A stretch of 64,000 nucleotides of DNA from an uncultured bacterium (GCA_964535735.1 CAZHTM010000002.1:5082-69081), one strand, 5' to 3'; shown: positions 39,326 to 50,688, numbered from the stretch's first letter. Program-made: numbers and translations. The notes: generated by a model from the letters alone, not told the origin.

Positions 39326-40268
39326 GAATCCCACGAATCGTTATCGCCGTCATGACTTCCCGCTGGACCGTCCCTCCTGCGGGACGATTCAATAAATATC
39401 CATTAACGATTAAAGCGCTGGACCCGCCTCCATCCAGATTTATCGCCTCCACGCAACCTAAATCTTTAAGCAGCCTAGCCAATTCTTCCAAATATACACC
39501 TCGGGACCCTGTTTGCCGGCCATCAACCACCAGATAAATTTGTGTCCCGTCCTCAGTATATCCTGCCGCTGACCGAGGATGGACATCCGGAATACTGGTA
39601 TCAAAAAAAACTTCTTCTTCAACGGGGATTCTAATTTGGCCGTCTTCAATCAGAACCGGCCCCGCTTGCAAGGCATCCCAGACGGGCCAGGTGTGAGCAT
39701 TCGTATATTCGGGTTTCAGCGCCGGGTTATCTTTTCGATTGGATAACGGTTCATCCCATTGATACACGACATCATCTTTTTCGGACACCCAAGCCACATC
39801 CATCCTTCCCTGTTGATCAAAGCCCAAGGCGCCGCGAGTAATAAAATACCGTTCCTGATTCCGCAGCACCGATCTAAGCGTATGTTCCCGTATGGTACCG
39901 TCCACAAGTACTAACCCTACGTGCCGTGTAGGATTTTTATTCATTAAAAAATACCCGCCGTTGATCACCACATCGGCCTTAGACCACCGGGATATATCTT
40001 CCGGGGTTTCACGCCTATCGCCGTCTTTCGCCACCACAACATTGATTTCAGTCGTCTCCGTAGGAATAACCTGAACCATCCAAGCTCGGATGGGAATTCG
40101 TTGATCTTCACCAAAGAAGACCCGAATATTTTCAGGAAGTTTATAATTCAGGGAATCAATGGGAGTCCAGGAAAGGTGAAATGTTTGGGGTGAAGACGTT
40201 GAGGTACAGGAAAACAATCCCAGGACGCCTAATACCCAATACGTAATGATCAATCGTTTTAATATCAT
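39318..40268 (-). CDS. Phosphodiester glycosidase (NAGPA-like) family lipoprotein
   Basis: Lipobox LFSC, INGGYF, HPRSAAG, VVDGRQ, AINLDGGGSS. Confidence 0.85.
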   Translation of the reverse strand: MILKRLIITYWVLGVLGLFSCTSTSSPQTFHLSWTPIDSLNYKLPENIRVFFGEDQRIPIRAWMVQVIPTETTEINVVVAKDGDRRETPEDISRWSKADVVINGGYFLMNKNPTRHVGLVLVDGTIREHTLRSVLRNQERYFITRGALGFDQQGRMDVAWVSEKDDVVYQWDEPLSNRKDNPALKPEYTNAHTWPVWDALQAGPVLIEDGQIRIPVEEEVFFDTSIPDVHPRSAAGYTEDGTQIYLVVDGRQTGSRGVYLEELARLLKDLGCVEAINLDGGGSSALIVNGYLLNRPAGGTVQREVMTAITIRGIHD

Positions 40269-40272
40269 ATCT

Positions 40273-40309
40273 CTAAAAAGTTAGAAGGCCGAACTCTCGT
40301 CCGGCCTTC
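40273..40309 (-). terminator. Terminator-like hairpin after tRNA-Pro(GGG)
   Basis: GAAGGCCG/CGGCCTTC stem; T run 4 nt downstream on the minus strand. Confidence 0.55.
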
Positions 40310-40313
40310 CATG

Positions 40314-40387
40314 TCGGAGCGGCGAGATTTGAACTCGCGACCCCTGCAACCCCATTGCAGTGCGCTACCGGGCTGCGCCACGCTCCG
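40314..40387 (-). tRNA. tRNA-Pro(GGG)
   Basis: CGGAGCG/CGCTCCG acceptor, CTGCA-ATGGGGT-TGCAG anticodon arm. Confidence 0.96.
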
Positions 40388-40390
40388 TAA

Positions 40391-40747
40391 CTATTCTTTC
40401 AAAATATCCAGGATTGAATTTAATTCCATTCGGATGGATGATAGCAAGTTTGTTACCCGTGGAGATAATTTTTTTTCTGGGGACGCTGCCCCGCTCCCGG
40501 GTCGGGTCAATTCATCCTGAGCACCCTTGATGGTAAACTTACGATCATAGAGCAATGACTTAATTTTTAAGATTAAGTCAATATCCTTTTGGCGATACGT
40601 GCGGTTTCCAGCGCGGTTTTTTGGAGGGTTCAATTGCTTGAACTCCGTTTCCCAAAACCGCAATACATACGGTTTTATACCTGTTAATTCGCTGACTTCG
40701 CCAATCGAATAATAAAGTTTCTTAATACCCGGTTTTTTATCACTCAT
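40391..40747 (-). CDS. MerR-family transcriptional regulator
   Basis: YYSIGEVSEL, VLRFWETEF, GNRTYRQKDI, FTIKGA. Confidence 0.92.
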   Translation of the reverse strand: MSDKKPGIKKLYYSIGEVSELTGIKPYVLRFWETEFKQLNPPKNRAGNRTYRQKDIDLILKIKSLLYDRKFTIKGAQDELTRPGSGAASPEKKLSPRVTNLLSSIRMELNSILDILKE

Positions 40748-40820
40748 TTATTAGTGTTACTTAAACTAACACTTTATATTAATGACGATAAACTTATGGG
40801 TCAATAGGAAACTGTGTTTT

Positions 40821-41936
40821 TCAGGCAATGATTTCAGTCGGTTCCTTATGATCCAAACCGAAGGCTTCGGCAACGCCCTGATGAGTAATGTGTCCTTTAT
40901 AGGTGTTCAAACCATTCAACAAATGTGGATCGCGTTTTAAGGCTTCCAGCACTCCTAAATTTGCTAATTTAAACAAATACGGAGATGTTGCATTTGTTAA
41001 GGCAATGGTTGAAGTAAAGGGAACGGCACCTGGCATGTTGGCAACACAATAATGTATGATTCCCTCAATCTCAAAGGTTGGATTTTCATGGGTTGTGGGT
41101 TTGCATGTTTCTACACAGCCTCCCTGGTCCACAGCCACATCCACAATCACCGAACCCGGTTGCATCAGTTTTAACATATCCCGGGTCACAAGATGCGGCG
41201 CTCTTGATCCGGGAATCAGTACGGCACCTACCAGCAAATCAGTTTTAACCAATAGCTTGGAGATATTGTGATGATTGCTGAAAACTGTGTTTACATTTTT
41301 TGGCATAATCTCATCCAGGTAACGTAACCGCGATAAATTGTTATCCAGAATGTAAACATTGGCTCCCAAGCCAGAAGCTATGTAGGCCGCGTTGGTTCCC
41401 ACAATACCGCCGCCAATGATGGTAACGGTTGCCGGTTCCACACCGGGTACACCGCCCAAAAGAATACCACGTCCTCCCTGCGATTTTTCAAGATACTTCG
41501 CCCCTTCCTGAACGGCCATACGTCCGGCAACTTCGGACATGGGCACTAATAGCGGCAAAGTACCATTTTCAGAAGTAATTGTCTCATAGGCAATCGCCGT
41601 AGCGCCAGTATCAAGGAAGGATTTGGTTAAATGTTCAGAAGCGGCAAAATGGAAATAGGTGAAAACAGTCAGGTCCTCCCGAATCATCTCAATTTCCACC
41701 GGCTGCGGTTCTTTGACTTTGACAATGAGTTCGGATTGATCAAATACATCTTTTGCGGTGGGCAAAATTGTACATCCGGATTCACGATAATCATCGTCAG
41801 TATACCCACTCAACAGGCCGGCATTTGTTTCCACCAGAACTGTATGATCGGATCGAATCAGTTCCAAAGCGCCATGGGGTGTTAACGCAACTCGTGATTC
41901 GTTGGTCTTAATCTCTTTCGGTACACCGATTATCAT
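40821..41936 (-). CDS. ald: Alanine dehydrogenase
   Basis: IIGVPKEIK.NESRVALTP, FTYFHFA, PMSEVAGR, YCVANMPGAVP. Confidence 0.96.
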   Translation of the reverse strand: MIIGVPKEIKTNESRVALTPHGALELIRSDHTVLVETNAGLLSGYTDDDYRESGCTILPTAKDVFDQSELIVKVKEPQPVEIEMIREDLTVFTYFHFAASEHLTKSFLDTGATAIAYETITSENGTLPLLVPMSEVAGRMAVQEGAKYLEKSQGGRGILLGGVPGVEPATVTIIGGGIVGTNAAYIASGLGANVYILDNNLSRLRYLDEIMPKNVNTVFSNHHNISKLLVKTDLLVGAVLIPGSRAPHLVTRDMLKLMQPGSVIVDVAVDQGGCVETCKPTTHENPTFEIEGIIHYCVANMPGAVPFTSTIALTNATSPYLFKLANLGVLEALKRDPHLLNGLNTYKGHITHQGVAEAFGLDHKEPTEIIA

Positions 41937-41961
41937 AATCGACCCCCTTCAACTATTGGGA

Positions 41962-44154
41962 TTAAAAACGTCGTCTACTACGATCACTGGAATGTCCGCC
42001 ATGTTGGCTCCCACGACGAGGATGCTGGGAACCGCGACCGCGACTCCGATCATGGCTTCGCTGTGGTTCAACATAGCCTTCCGGTTTGGGGAGTAGAACT
42101 TTATGGCTGAAATCATACCGGCCCTGGTCATCGATGCGAATAAGGCGAACCTTGAGTTTGTCCCCAATTTTCACCACATCCTCCACGCGCTCTGTCCGGT
42201 TCCAGTCTAATTCCGAAATGTGGACCAGTCCTTCCCGGCCGGGAGCAAACTCTACAAAGGCACCAAAGGTCATGATCCGTGTCACGGTTCCTTCAAATTC
42301 ATCACCGACTTCCGGGTCCATGGTTATAGACCGAATCAACTCCACCGCATCTTGACACTTCCTGGCGTCAGGATTGGCGACGACGACCGTCCCGGTATCG
42401 TCCACATCAATGGAACATTCTGTGTCGGCAATAATCTTTTTAATATTTTTTCCACCAGGACCAATTAATCCGCCGATTTTATCAGGATCGATCTGAAGCG
42501 TCATGATCCGAGGTGCGTACGGAGACATTTCTTTCGGCTTAGGCAAGGCTTCATTCATTAAGCCCAGAATATATTCTCGTCCTTTTCGCGCCTGTTCCAG
42601 AGCTTCCGTGAGCAATTCAAATGATAACCCTTCGATTTTCAGGTCCAGTTGAATAGCTGTAACCCCGGATTTGGTACCCGTTACCTTGAAATCCATATCG
42701 CCTAAATGGTCCTCAGCGCCCATAATATCACTCAAAATGGCGTGGCGATCTCCATCCAAAATCAACCCCATGGCGATTCCCGCCACGTGCTCACGGGTTG
42801 GGACACCCGCATCCATAAGTGCTAACGATCCACCACAGACAGAGGCCATGGATGAACTTCCGTTACTTTCCATGATTTCCGAAACGATTCGAATCGTATA
42901 GGGGAAATCTGAATAGGATGGCATCACCGGCTTAAGGGATCGTTCCGCCAAATTTCCATGTCCGATCTCCCGGCGGCTGGTGAAACCAATCCGACCCACT
43001 TCACCAACACAATACGGAGGGAAATTGTAATGGAGCATATAATGCTTTTTATAATCCTCATCCATGCTGTCGATGATCTGTTCGTCTGATTTGGTCCCTA
43101 AAGTAAGAACAACAAGGGCCTGGGTTTCGCCACGGGTAAACAGAACGGAACCGTGGGTTCGAGGTAAAAATCCAGTATCGATTGTAATGGGACGAATTTC
43201 ATCGGTTTTACGACCATCGCTCCGAATTCCTTCACTTAGAATACGTTCCCGAAACGTCTTTTTCATTTCGGAATCAAAGATTTCTTTAATCTTGGCTTCC
43301 TGCTCTGGATAGGATTCCTGGAATTCATTCAACACAGATTCCAGCAAAGATTGCGTAGCCGCTTCCCGTTCCAATTTGTCGGCAATCCGAATCACAGCTT
43401 GCAAGTCATCTTTTAGCCGCTCCAAAACCGCAGCTTCCAGTTCAGGTTGTTCATCTTCCTCCGGAACCGGACGTTTTTCAACCGGCACCTGAGCGATTAA
43501 CTCTTTCTGAAGATCGATGATTTCCCTGATAAAACCATGAGCGAATTTCAGAGCTTCCACAATCGTGGCTTCCGGAACCTCTTCGGCTTCACCTTCCACC
43601 ATGACGATCGTCTGTTCATTACCAGATACCACTAACTCCAACTTGGATATGGCCATTTGTTCTTTGGTGGGATTGATGACGAATTCATCATTGAGCAATC
43701 CGACTCGAACGGTGGCGATGGGTCCATTCCAAGGAATATTGGAAATCATTAAAGCGGCCGACGCACCAATTCCCGCCAGGGTATCAGTGGGGTTTTCCCC
43801 GTCGGAAGTAAGCGCTGTAATGATCACCTGGGTTTCATATTTAAACGCTTTAGGAAAGAGGGGTCGGATAGGCCGATCCGTGACCCGACTGGTGAGAACT
43901 TCCTTCTCTGAAGGACGGGCTTCCCGTTTAAAAAAGCCGCCGGGGATTTTTCCTCCGGCGTAATGACGTTCGCGGTATTCTACCTGCAACGGGAAAAAGT
44001 CAATATCCTCCCGCATTTCTTTAGCCGCGTTGACGGCGGCGATAATCGTGGATTCACCATAGCTGACAATCACCGATCCGGCAGCCTGCTTGGCAACTTT
44101 TCCCGTTTGTATGGTTAGCCGGCGGCCACCAATGTCTCGTGATACTTCAATCAT
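41962..44154 (-). CDS. pnp: Polyribonucleotide nucleotidyltransferase
   Basis: FFKREARP, RREIGHGNLA, ESNGSSSMAS, DHLGDMDFK, KH and S1 domains. Confidence 0.97.
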   Translation of the reverse strand: MIEVSRDIGGRRLTIQTGKVAKQAAGSVIVSYGESTIIAAVNAAKEMREDIDFFPLQVEYRERHYAGGKIPGGFFKREARPSEKEVLTSRVTDRPIRPLFPKAFKYETQVIITALTSDGENPTDTLAGIGASAALMISNIPWNGPIATVRVGLLNDEFVINPTKEQMAISKLELVVSGNEQTIVMVEGEAEEVPEATIVEALKFAHGFIREIIDLQKELIAQVPVEKRPVPEEDEQPELEAAVLERLKDDLQAVIRIADKLEREAATQSLLESVLNEFQESYPEQEAKIKEIFDSEMKKTFRERILSEGIRSDGRKTDEIRPITIDTGFLPRTHGSVLFTRGETQALVVLTLGTKSDEQIIDSMDEDYKKHYMLHYNFPPYCVGEVGRIGFTSRREIGHGNLAERSLKPVMPSYSDFPYTIRIVSEIMESNGSSSMASVCGGSLALMDAGVPTREHVAGIAMGLILDGDRHAILSDIMGAEDHLGDMDFKVTGTKSGVTAIQLDLKIEGLSFELLTEALEQARKGREYILGLMNEALPKPKEMSPYAPRIMTLQIDPDKIGGLIGPGGKNIKKIIADTECSIDVDDTGTVVVANPDARKCQDAVELIRSITMDPEVGDEFEGTVTRIMTFGAFVEFAPGREGLVHISELDWNRTERVEDVVKIGDKLKVRLIRIDDQGRYDFSHKVLLPKPEGYVEPQRSHDRSRGRGSQHPRRGSQHGGHSSDRSRRRF

Positions 44155-44164
44155 GCAATTTATA

Positions 44165-44434
44165 TTAACCTCTGATCTTTAATTCTTTAATTAATTTGAC
44201 GTAAGAATCGGGATTAGTACGTCGTAAATATTTCATCAACTTTTTCCGTTGAGAAACCAGTTTGACCAAACCGTGACGGGAATGATTATCTTTTTTATGA
44301 ATTCCCACATGGCCGGTCAAATCCCGAATACGCTGGGTAAGCAACGCAATTTGAACTTCTGCGGATCCAGAGTCTTTATCGTTGGCTCCGAATTGACGAA
44401 TAATCTCCGCTTTTTTTTCTGCAGTCAGCGGCAT
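44165..44434 (-). CDS. rpsO: 30S ribosomal protein S15
   Basis: DSGSAEVQIALLT, HKKDNHSRHGL. Confidence 0.97.
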   Translation of the reverse strand: MPLTAEKKAEIIRQFGANDKDSGSAEVQIALLTQRIRDLTGHVGIHKKDNHSRHGLVKLVSQRKKLMKYLRRTNPDSYVKLIKELKIRG

Positions 44435-44435
44435 T

Positions 44436-45377
44436 CTACCTCCTGTACTTTTCTAATAATTTCAGACAGGTTTTCCTGTCCTGGTTCAATTGTTTGATCA
44501 ACGCTTCTTTGGATGGAAACTTCTGTTCATCACGGATACGTTCTAAAAATTCAATCAAGATGGTTTGATCATACAATCCGTCTATTTTTTCATCAAAAAA
44601 GTGAACTTCCATAACATATTCGCCCTCATTAAAGGTCGGGCGAACACCCAAGTTACACATTCCATACAATAGATGTCCATGAACTCTTCCTCGGGTGCAA
44701 TAGGTCCCAGACTTGGGCAATAGCTGATTTTCTTCCAAGGGAACGAAATTCGCGGTGGGGAAATTCATGGTGCGCCCCCGTCCCGCTCCATGGACAACGC
44801 GGGCTTTAAATCCATAAATCCAACCCAGTTCAAAAGAGGCCCGGCGAACAAATCCATCTCGCAACAGGCCACGAATATGACTACTGGAAATATGGATTCC
44901 CTGATCGGATACGGGAGCTACAATATCCAACTTGATGCCCTCCCGTTCACAGAAGTCGGATAAGAATTGAGGACTCCCTTCACGATTACGACCAAAATGG
45001 TGATCGTAGCCAATTATGATGTGTTTGGGATTAAACTTTTGAACTACAATTTCATTCAAAAACCGATCCGGGGACCACAGAGAAAAGTCATCCGTGAAAG
45101 GAATCACAAGGACTAAATCCACGCCCAGGTTTTCCAGAAGCGCTAATTTGTCATCAATACTGATAATCAAGGGAAGTTTCGGCGCCGTTTTTTCCAGAAT
45201 GTGCCGAGGATGGGGATCAAACGTGATCACTACTGAAGGGATATTCAATACCTGGCCTTGGGTGACAGTCTGACGAATGATTTGTTGATGACCCCGGTGC
45301 AATCCGTCGAAGGATCCCATTGTGAGGACACTGGATTCAACCGGTGTAATATCGTCTAATGAGCGGATGATTTCCAT
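44436..45377 (-). CDS. ribF: Bifunctional riboflavin kinase/FAD synthetase
   Basis: GSFDGLHRGH, GYDHHFG, ISSSHIR, NFPTAN, NLGVRPTF. Confidence 0.95.
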   Translation of the reverse strand: MEIIRSLDDITPVESSVLTMGSFDGLHRGHQQIIRQTVTQGQVLNIPSVVITFDPHPRHILEKTAPKLPLIISIDDKLALLENLGVDLVLVIPFTDDFSLWSPDRFLNEIVVQKFNPKHIIIGYDHHFGRNREGSPQFLSDFCEREGIKLDIVAPVSDQGIHISSSHIRGLLRDGFVRRASFELGWIYGFKARVVHGAGRGRTMNFPTANFVPLEENQLLPKSGTYCTRGRVHGHLLYGMCNLGVRPTFNEGEYVMEVHFFDEKIDGLYDQTILIEFLERIRDEQKFPSKEALIKQLNQDRKTCLKLLEKYRR

Positions 45378-46009
45378 TGCTGTATAAATTCGTCCAGGGT
45401 AAGGGCATTCTCCAAATGTACCGGGCCAATCTGGGTACGGATTAGGCGCGTCAGGTGACCCGTGGTACCTAAAGCGCGAGCCAGATCTCGCCCCAGAACA
45501 CGGATGTACGTCCCTTTGGAACAGGTAACGTCAAACCGAATTATGGGAGGCGAATAGTCTAAACAGGTAAATCGGGTTATGGTAATTGTCACCGGGTCTC
45601 GTTCCACGGATTGATTTTTCCGAGCTAGCTGATATAATCGAACACCGTTGACTTTTTTGGCTGAATACATGGGAGGAATTTGCTCACTATTTCCAAGGAA
45701 CTGGTCCATTTTCGCTTGGATGGCTGCTTTCGTTAATTGCGGGACCGGTATTTCCTCCACTACAGTGCCTTCAGGATCAAGGGTATCGGTTTCCACACCC
45801 AACATCAATTCGGCTTCATATCGTTTTGTATCCGCAGATACATGCGACAAAATTTTTGTATCCTTCCCCGTTCCAATAATTAAAAGTCCTTCGGCAAATG
45901 GATCCAGTGTTCCACCATGGCCCACTTTTTTTTCACCGGTCACATTTCGGATTTTTTTCACAACATCAAAGGATGTCCAACCAGGCGGTTTATACAGATT
46001 CAGTATCAT
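45356..46009 (-). CDS. truB: tRNA pseudouridine(55) synthase
   Basis: KKVGHGGTLDPFAEG, PPMYSAKKVNG, CSKGTYIR. Confidence 0.96.
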   Translation of the reverse strand: MILNLYKPPGWTSFDVVKKIRNVTGEKKVGHGGTLDPFAEGLLIIGTGKDTKILSHVSADTKRYEAELMLGVETDTLDPEGTVVEEIPVPQLTKAAIQAKMDQFLGNSEQIPPMYSAKKVNGVRLYQLARKNQSVERDPVTITITRFTCLDYSPPIIRFDVTCSKGTYIRVLGRDLARALGTTGHLTRLIRTQIGPVHLENALTLDEFIQQWKSSAH

Positions 46010-46367
46010 GATCTTGTTCGTGAATCCGTTTAATTATTTTACTCAGATGATCCTGCAAATCAAAACTATCATCGTATTTAAATTTTAATTCCGGAATGGC
46101 TTTGATGTGCAATTCGGGGGCCAGGTATTTTCGGAAGACTTTCGATAATTTCTTTAACTCGGATTGTATTTTCTCCCGACTTTTAAGCGGTTCCAACACG
46201 CTATAATAGACATGAGCAATCTTTAAATCGGGGGTTAAATCGACGTGGGAAAACGTGATAAATCCCAGATGTGAAAGATCAATATGCCGTGTGGCAATCT
46301 CGGCTAGGATTTCCTGGATTTGAGCGCCGACCCGATCGGTTCGACGATAAGGTTTTTCCGTGTTCAA
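45990..46367 (-). CDS. rbfA: Ribosome-binding factor A
   Basis: RRTDRVG, VDLTPDLKIAHVYYS, IPELKFKYD. Confidence 0.93.
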   Translation of the reverse strand: MNTEKPYRRTDRVGAQIQEILAEIATRHIDLSHLGFITFSHVDLTPDLKIAHVYYSVLEPLKSREKIQSELKKLSKVFRKYLAPELHIKAIPELKFKYDDSFDLQDHLSKIIKRIHEQDHDTESV

Positions 46368-48871
46368 TTTTCTTCAAGGGTCCGTTTAATTTTCTTCACT
46401 TCGTAAACGATAATCTCATCACCTTCTTTATACTTGCTAACGCCTTCCAGACCAATTCCACATTCCAGTCCCTCTTTCACTTCGCGAACATCGTCTTTAA
46501 AGCGTTTGAGAGAAAGGATAGACGCATTGTTCACAATTACTTCATCGTCCCGTATCAGTCGGGCTCTGAGATTTCTGGAAATTTGTCCTTCCACCACTTT
46601 CGCTCCGGCGATGAACCCGATTTTCGGGATTTTGAATTGCGCCTGAACAATGGCGCGCCCGCGGATTTCTTCCACTTCTTCCGGCTCTAACAAACCTTCC
46701 AGCGCTAATTTGATTTCTTCCAGGGCATTATAGATGATTTTGTAATTTCGTATTTCCACTCCAGCTTGTTTCGCCTGGAGTTTCGCATTGGGGCCTACCT
46801 GGACATTAAATCCAATGATGACCGCTTTAGAGGCCTCCGCCAGTAAAACATCACCTTCCGATATCATTCCTACCGATTTGTGGATGATGTTAACGCCGAC
46901 TTCCTCTGTATTCAATTTTTCCAGCGACTCAGAAAGGGCTTCCACGGAGCCATCCACATCTCCTTTGATGATCAACGGCAATTGCTTGATCGCGCCCTTC
47001 TTGATCAATGCGGACATGCTGTCCAAGGAATGGGCGCCAATTTTCTTTTGGGCGATTTCGCGGGAAATTCGTTGGCGTTCGCCAGTAATGCGTTTCAAAT
47101 CTCGTTCATTTTCAACAACGGCAAAAATATCGGCAGCCTGAGGGACCTGTTCAAATCCTAACACCTGGACGGCATCGGAAGGATAGGCTTCTGTAATCCG
47201 TTGGCCCCGTTCATTCATAATGGCCCGGACTTTTCCGGAATAATCACTGCAAATAAAGGGATCCCCTACATGTAAGGTCCCTTTCTGGATCAATACTGTT
47301 GCCATGGGTCCATGCCCCCGGTCCAGCCGAGAATCAACCACTGTTCCCCGGGCCAAAGTATCTCGATTGGCTTTCAATTCCATCACTTCCGCTTCAATCA
47401 AGATGGAATTCAGTAGATCTTCGATCCCCTCTCCCGTCTTCGCGGATACTGGAACACACTGAACCTTACCACCCCAATCTTCGACTAAAATCCCATGATC
47501 GGACAGTTCCCGTTTCACTTTATCGATATCCGCACCTGCTTTATCAATTTTATTGATTGCCACAATGATGGGTGAACCGGCAGCTTTGGCATGGTTGATC
47601 GCTTCCACGGTCTGAGGCATGACGCTGTCATCGGCGGCCACGACCAAAACCACAATATCAGTTACTTGCGCTCCACGGGCACGCATGGCGGTAAACGCTT
47701 CGTGCCCCGGCGTATCCAGAAAAGTAATCGATTGCCCGGAGTCCAAATTGACCCGGTAAGCTCCAATATGTTGTGTAATACCGCCCGATTCTCCAGCGAC
47801 GACGTTTTCACTCCGGATATAATCCAACAGTGAAGTTTTCCCGTGGTCCACGTGCCCCATCACCGTAACAATTGGTGCCCGCGGTTCTGCTTTTTCTAAA
47901 TCTTCTTCCGTGTCCTCCATAGAAAATATTTCTTCGCCCACATCGGTTTGCTTCACCGCTGTATACTCATATTCCATCGCCAGGAGTTCGATCGTATCCC
48001 ACTCCAAGCGCTGGTTGATTGTTGCCAGAACACCAAGATTAAAACATTTTTGAATAATATCGCTGGGACTTACTGAAAACAATTTGGCAATTTCATCAAC
48101 GCTGGCGAATTCAGGTATTTCAATTGTGGGGAAGTTGCCACTGGAGACTTCAATCTCGCGAGTTTCCGTCCGGGTTTTCTTGTGGGATTTTTTCTTCGGT
48201 TTCTTCTCTAGTTTGGAAAGTGTCTGCCGCACCCGTTCCTGAACGGATTTCTGTGCTTTGGAATCCTGAGTTGATTTCCCCCTGGATTTCGATGATCGGG
48301 CACTGGTACCACTACTGGGCTGAATCTCCGATAAATCAATTTTGCGCAGCTTCCGTTTCTTAGAGGAAATTTTAGTTACCTTTTCGGTTTCCTTTTTCTT
48401 TCGCTCTTCAACGGCCTGTTTTTTCTTTTGCTCCGCCGCTTCCAATTCCGCTTGTTTTTTCTTCTCTGCAGCTAAGGCCTCTGCCTTCTTACGTTCCTTT
48501 TCTTGGCGGCGCGTTTCTTCCTGTTTACGCTTTTGTTCTTCTTCTTCGCGTTTTTTCCGTTCTTCAGCTTCCTTTCTCTCCAAAGCCCGTTGCTCATCAA
48601 TCGACAGAATTTTAAAGGATCTCCGGGTTTTCTGCTCCTGAAGAACTCGCGAATCATGGATTTCCCGCCGTACCTGCTCTTTACGCATTCGGTCAACAGT
48701 CTCTTTATCCTTTGAAAATTCTGTCAGGATTTTTTGATAAATGACTTCATCAACCGGTGACATGTGGCTGGCTACGTCAACACCTTCCGCTTTAAGAAAT
48801 GATAATATCTCCGTATGAGAAATATTCAATTCCTTAGCGATTTGAAAAATGCGTATTGGTCGGCTACCCAT
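46364..48871 (-). CDS. infB: Translation initiation factor IF-2
   Basis: [36 protein letters not shown]. Confidence 0.97.
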   Translation of the reverse strand: MGSRPIRIFQIAKELNISHTEILSFLKAEGVDVASHMSPVDEVIYQKILTEFSKDKETVDRMRKEQVRREIHDSRVLQEQKTRRSFKILSIDEQRALERKEAEERKKREEEEQKRKQEETRRQEKERKKAEALAAEKKKQAELEAAEQKKKQAVEERKKKETEKVTKISSKKRKLRKIDLSEIQPSSGTSARSSKSRGKSTQDSKAQKSVQERVRQTLSKLEKKPKKKSHKKTRTETREIEVSSGNFPTIEIPEFASVDEIAKLFSVSPSDIIQKCFNLGVLATINQRLEWDTIELLAMEYEYTAVKQTDVGEEIFSMEDTEEDLEKAEPRAPIVTVMGHVDHGKTSLLDYIRSENVVAGESGGITQHIGAYRVNLDSGQSITFLDTPGHEAFTAMRARGAQVTDIVVLVVAADDSVMPQTVEAINHAKAAGSPIIVAINKIDKAGADIDKVKRELSDHGILVEDWGGKVQCVPVSAKTGEGIEDLLNSILIEAEVMELKANRDTLARGTVVDSRLDRGHGPMATVLIQKGTLHVGDPFICSDYSGKVRAIMNERGQRITEAYPSDAVQVLGFEQVPQAADIFAVVENERDLKRITGERQRISREIAQKKIGAHSLDSMSALIKKGAIKQLPLIIKGDVDGSVEALSESLEKLNTEEVGVNIIHKSVGMISEGDVLLAEASKAVIIGFNVQVGPNAKLQAKQAGVEIRNYKIIYNALEEIKLALEGLLEPEEVEEIRGRAIVQAQFKIPKIGFIAGAKVVEGQISRNLRARLIRDDEVIVNNASILSLKRFKDDVREVKEGLECGIGLEGVSKYKEGDEIIVYEVKKIKRTLEEN

Positions 48872-48879
48872 AGTTTTGT

Positions 48880-50190
48880 TTAGTCACTTTCTATAGTTGA
48901 ATCTAGGGACTCAACCGCTTCGATAGATTCCTCATCGGAATCAGAGGCTTCAATAAATTTTTGAATCGATGTATAGATTTTATCCAGGGTTGTCTCTCCA
49001 ACGCCCTTCGCTGCTAATAAATCATTTTCATCGGCTGATAACACGTCTGAAACGGTACGGAAACCGGCAGCATTTAACCCTTCAACGGCTGAACTCGGAA
49101 AATCAGGAACATCCTGGAGAAGCGTGGATTGCTCCCGCTGCTGTTTCTCATATTCCTTTTCACCGAATGCGTCAATCCTGAATCCCGTAATTCTGGAGGC
49201 CAAATTAATATTCATACCCCCCTTACCTATGGCGGAATCCAGTTCATCGTCATGAAAAACAGCCACACAATAGTTGCGCTCATCGTCGATGAAGAGTTTA
49301 ATAGGCTTGGCGGGAGACAGTGCGCGGGTTATCAAGATTTCCGGTTGCTCACTGAAATTAACGATATCGATTTTTTCGTTGTTCAATTCTCTGACGATGG
49401 CCTGAATTCGACTTCCTCGCATCCCAACGCAAGCCCCTACAGCATCGACTCGGCGATCCTGGGAATGGACAATAATTTTCGCACGCTCACCGGGATGACG
49501 GGCAATGGACTTGATTTCAATAATGCCATCCTCAATCTCAGGCACTTCCATCTCAAATAATTTTTGCAGGAAATGATTATCACTACGGGAGACCACGATA
49601 TCAGGCCCCTTGCTGGTGATTTCCACCGATTTAATTACCGCGCGAATCGTATCGCCACGGCGATATTTTTCATTCGCGATTTGTTCTTTTTTCGGCATCC
49701 GTAACTCAGCGTGCTCGATATTGATGAAAATATTATCCCGCTGAACCTGATGGACAACACCGATGACGATCTCACCTACTCGAGTGGCATAGTCTTCATA
49801 GATATATTTGCGTTCCACGTCCCGGATTCGTTGCGCGAAAAATTGTTTCGCATGCGCAATCATTCGCCGCCCAAAAATTGTAGGATCGATGACTTCCACA
49901 TAGGTATCCCCAATTTCCAAATCGCTTAAATCCGGATCCTTGGCCAGCACCTCCTGTAGAGTGATTTCAGTGGCAGGATCTACCACCTTATCCACAATTT
50001 CCTTCTCAGCATAGATTTCAATTTCTCCCTTATCGATATTAACGATTACACTGCAATTTTCAGATGTGCCTGTATGCTTTTCAATGATATACAGAAAAAG
50101 CTGCTCTAAAATGGAGCCCAATTCTGAGCGCTCCACATTTTTTTCCCGGGCAAGTTCAGAAAAAACTTCGATTAATTCTCTGTTAATCAA
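48880..50190 (-). CDS. nusA: Transcription termination/antitermination factor NusA
   Basis: S1 and KH domains, DAVGACVGMRGSRI, AIGKGGMNINLA. Confidence 0.96.
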   Translation of the reverse strand: MINRELIEVFSELAREKNVERSELGSILEQLFLYIIEKHTGTSENCSVIVNIDKGEIEIYAEKEIVDKVVDPATEITLQEVLAKDPDLSDLEIGDTYVEVIDPTIFGRRMIAHAKQFFAQRIRDVERKYIYEDYATRVGEIVIGVVHQVQRDNIFINIEHAELRMPKKEQIANEKYRRGDTIRAVIKSVEITSKGPDIVVSRSDNHFLQKLFEMEVPEIEDGIIEIKSIARHPGERAKIIVHSQDRRVDAVGACVGMRGSRIQAIVRELNNEKIDIVNFSEQPEILITRALSPAKPIKLFIDDERNYCVAVFHDDELDSAIGKGGMNINLASRITGFRIDAFGEKEYEKQQREQSTLLQDVPDFPSSAVEGLNAAGFRTVSDVLSADENDLLAAKGVGETTLDKIYTSIQKFIEASDSDEESIEAVESLDSTIESD

Positions 50191-50213
50191 AATTCCTCCA
50201 ATTTCTAAATCTG

Positions 50214-50648
50214 TTAATGGAATGAAATGAGGACACGGGCCTGCTTGACGTCCTGAAAGGGAATAGAAAACGATTTTTTACGATGGGAGACATGGAGAAT
50301 ATCGTCCTGTATGTCATCGAGCGTTACTTCCCGGGGGACCTCCATCCATTTATCATCCAATTCCATTTGAAGTCTTCGACCAATATTTTTTTTGAACTGG
50401 AACAATTGAGTCAAAGGGTAACCAATACCTGGCGAACTCACCTCCACTCGAAGGCCGTCAGGATATACTGAATTTATCTCGGGATCATTCATTATTTTCC
50501 GCGCCAAATCTGACGTCCGGTCCAGCGTAATGCCGGTTTCACTATCAACAATCACGACCCAACGCCCGGTCACCGGATCAAATTTGCTCTCAAGCAGAAC
50601 CAGGTCCTGATCCAGGATTTTTTTCAATATTGATTCCAATTCCTTCAT
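50214..50648 (-). CDS. rimP: Ribosome maturation factor RimP
   Basis: VDSETGITLD, LRVEVSSPGIGYPL; position upstream of nusA; start at MKEL. Confidence 0.85.
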   Translation of the reverse strand: MKELESILKKILDQDLVLLESKFDPVTGRWVVIVDSETGITLDRTSDLARKIMNDPEINSVYPDGLRVEVSSPGIGYPLTQLFQFKKNIGRRLQMELDDKWMEVPREVTLDDIQDDILHVSHRKKSFSIPFQDVKQARVLISFH

Positions 50649-50659
50649 CGTTCCAAAAC

Positions 50660-50688
50660 GGAAAAGTGGGCATTTGTACCCACTTTCC
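50660..50688 (-). promoter_or_regulatory. rimP leader hairpin
   Basis: AAAGTGGG/CCCACTTT stem just upstream of the rimP start, like the common GTGGG..CCCAC rimP leader. Confidence 0.6.

Noticed and set aside
48340-48660. K/E/R-rich repetitive stretch
   Set aside because: Ordinary charged linker of the IF-2 N-terminal region
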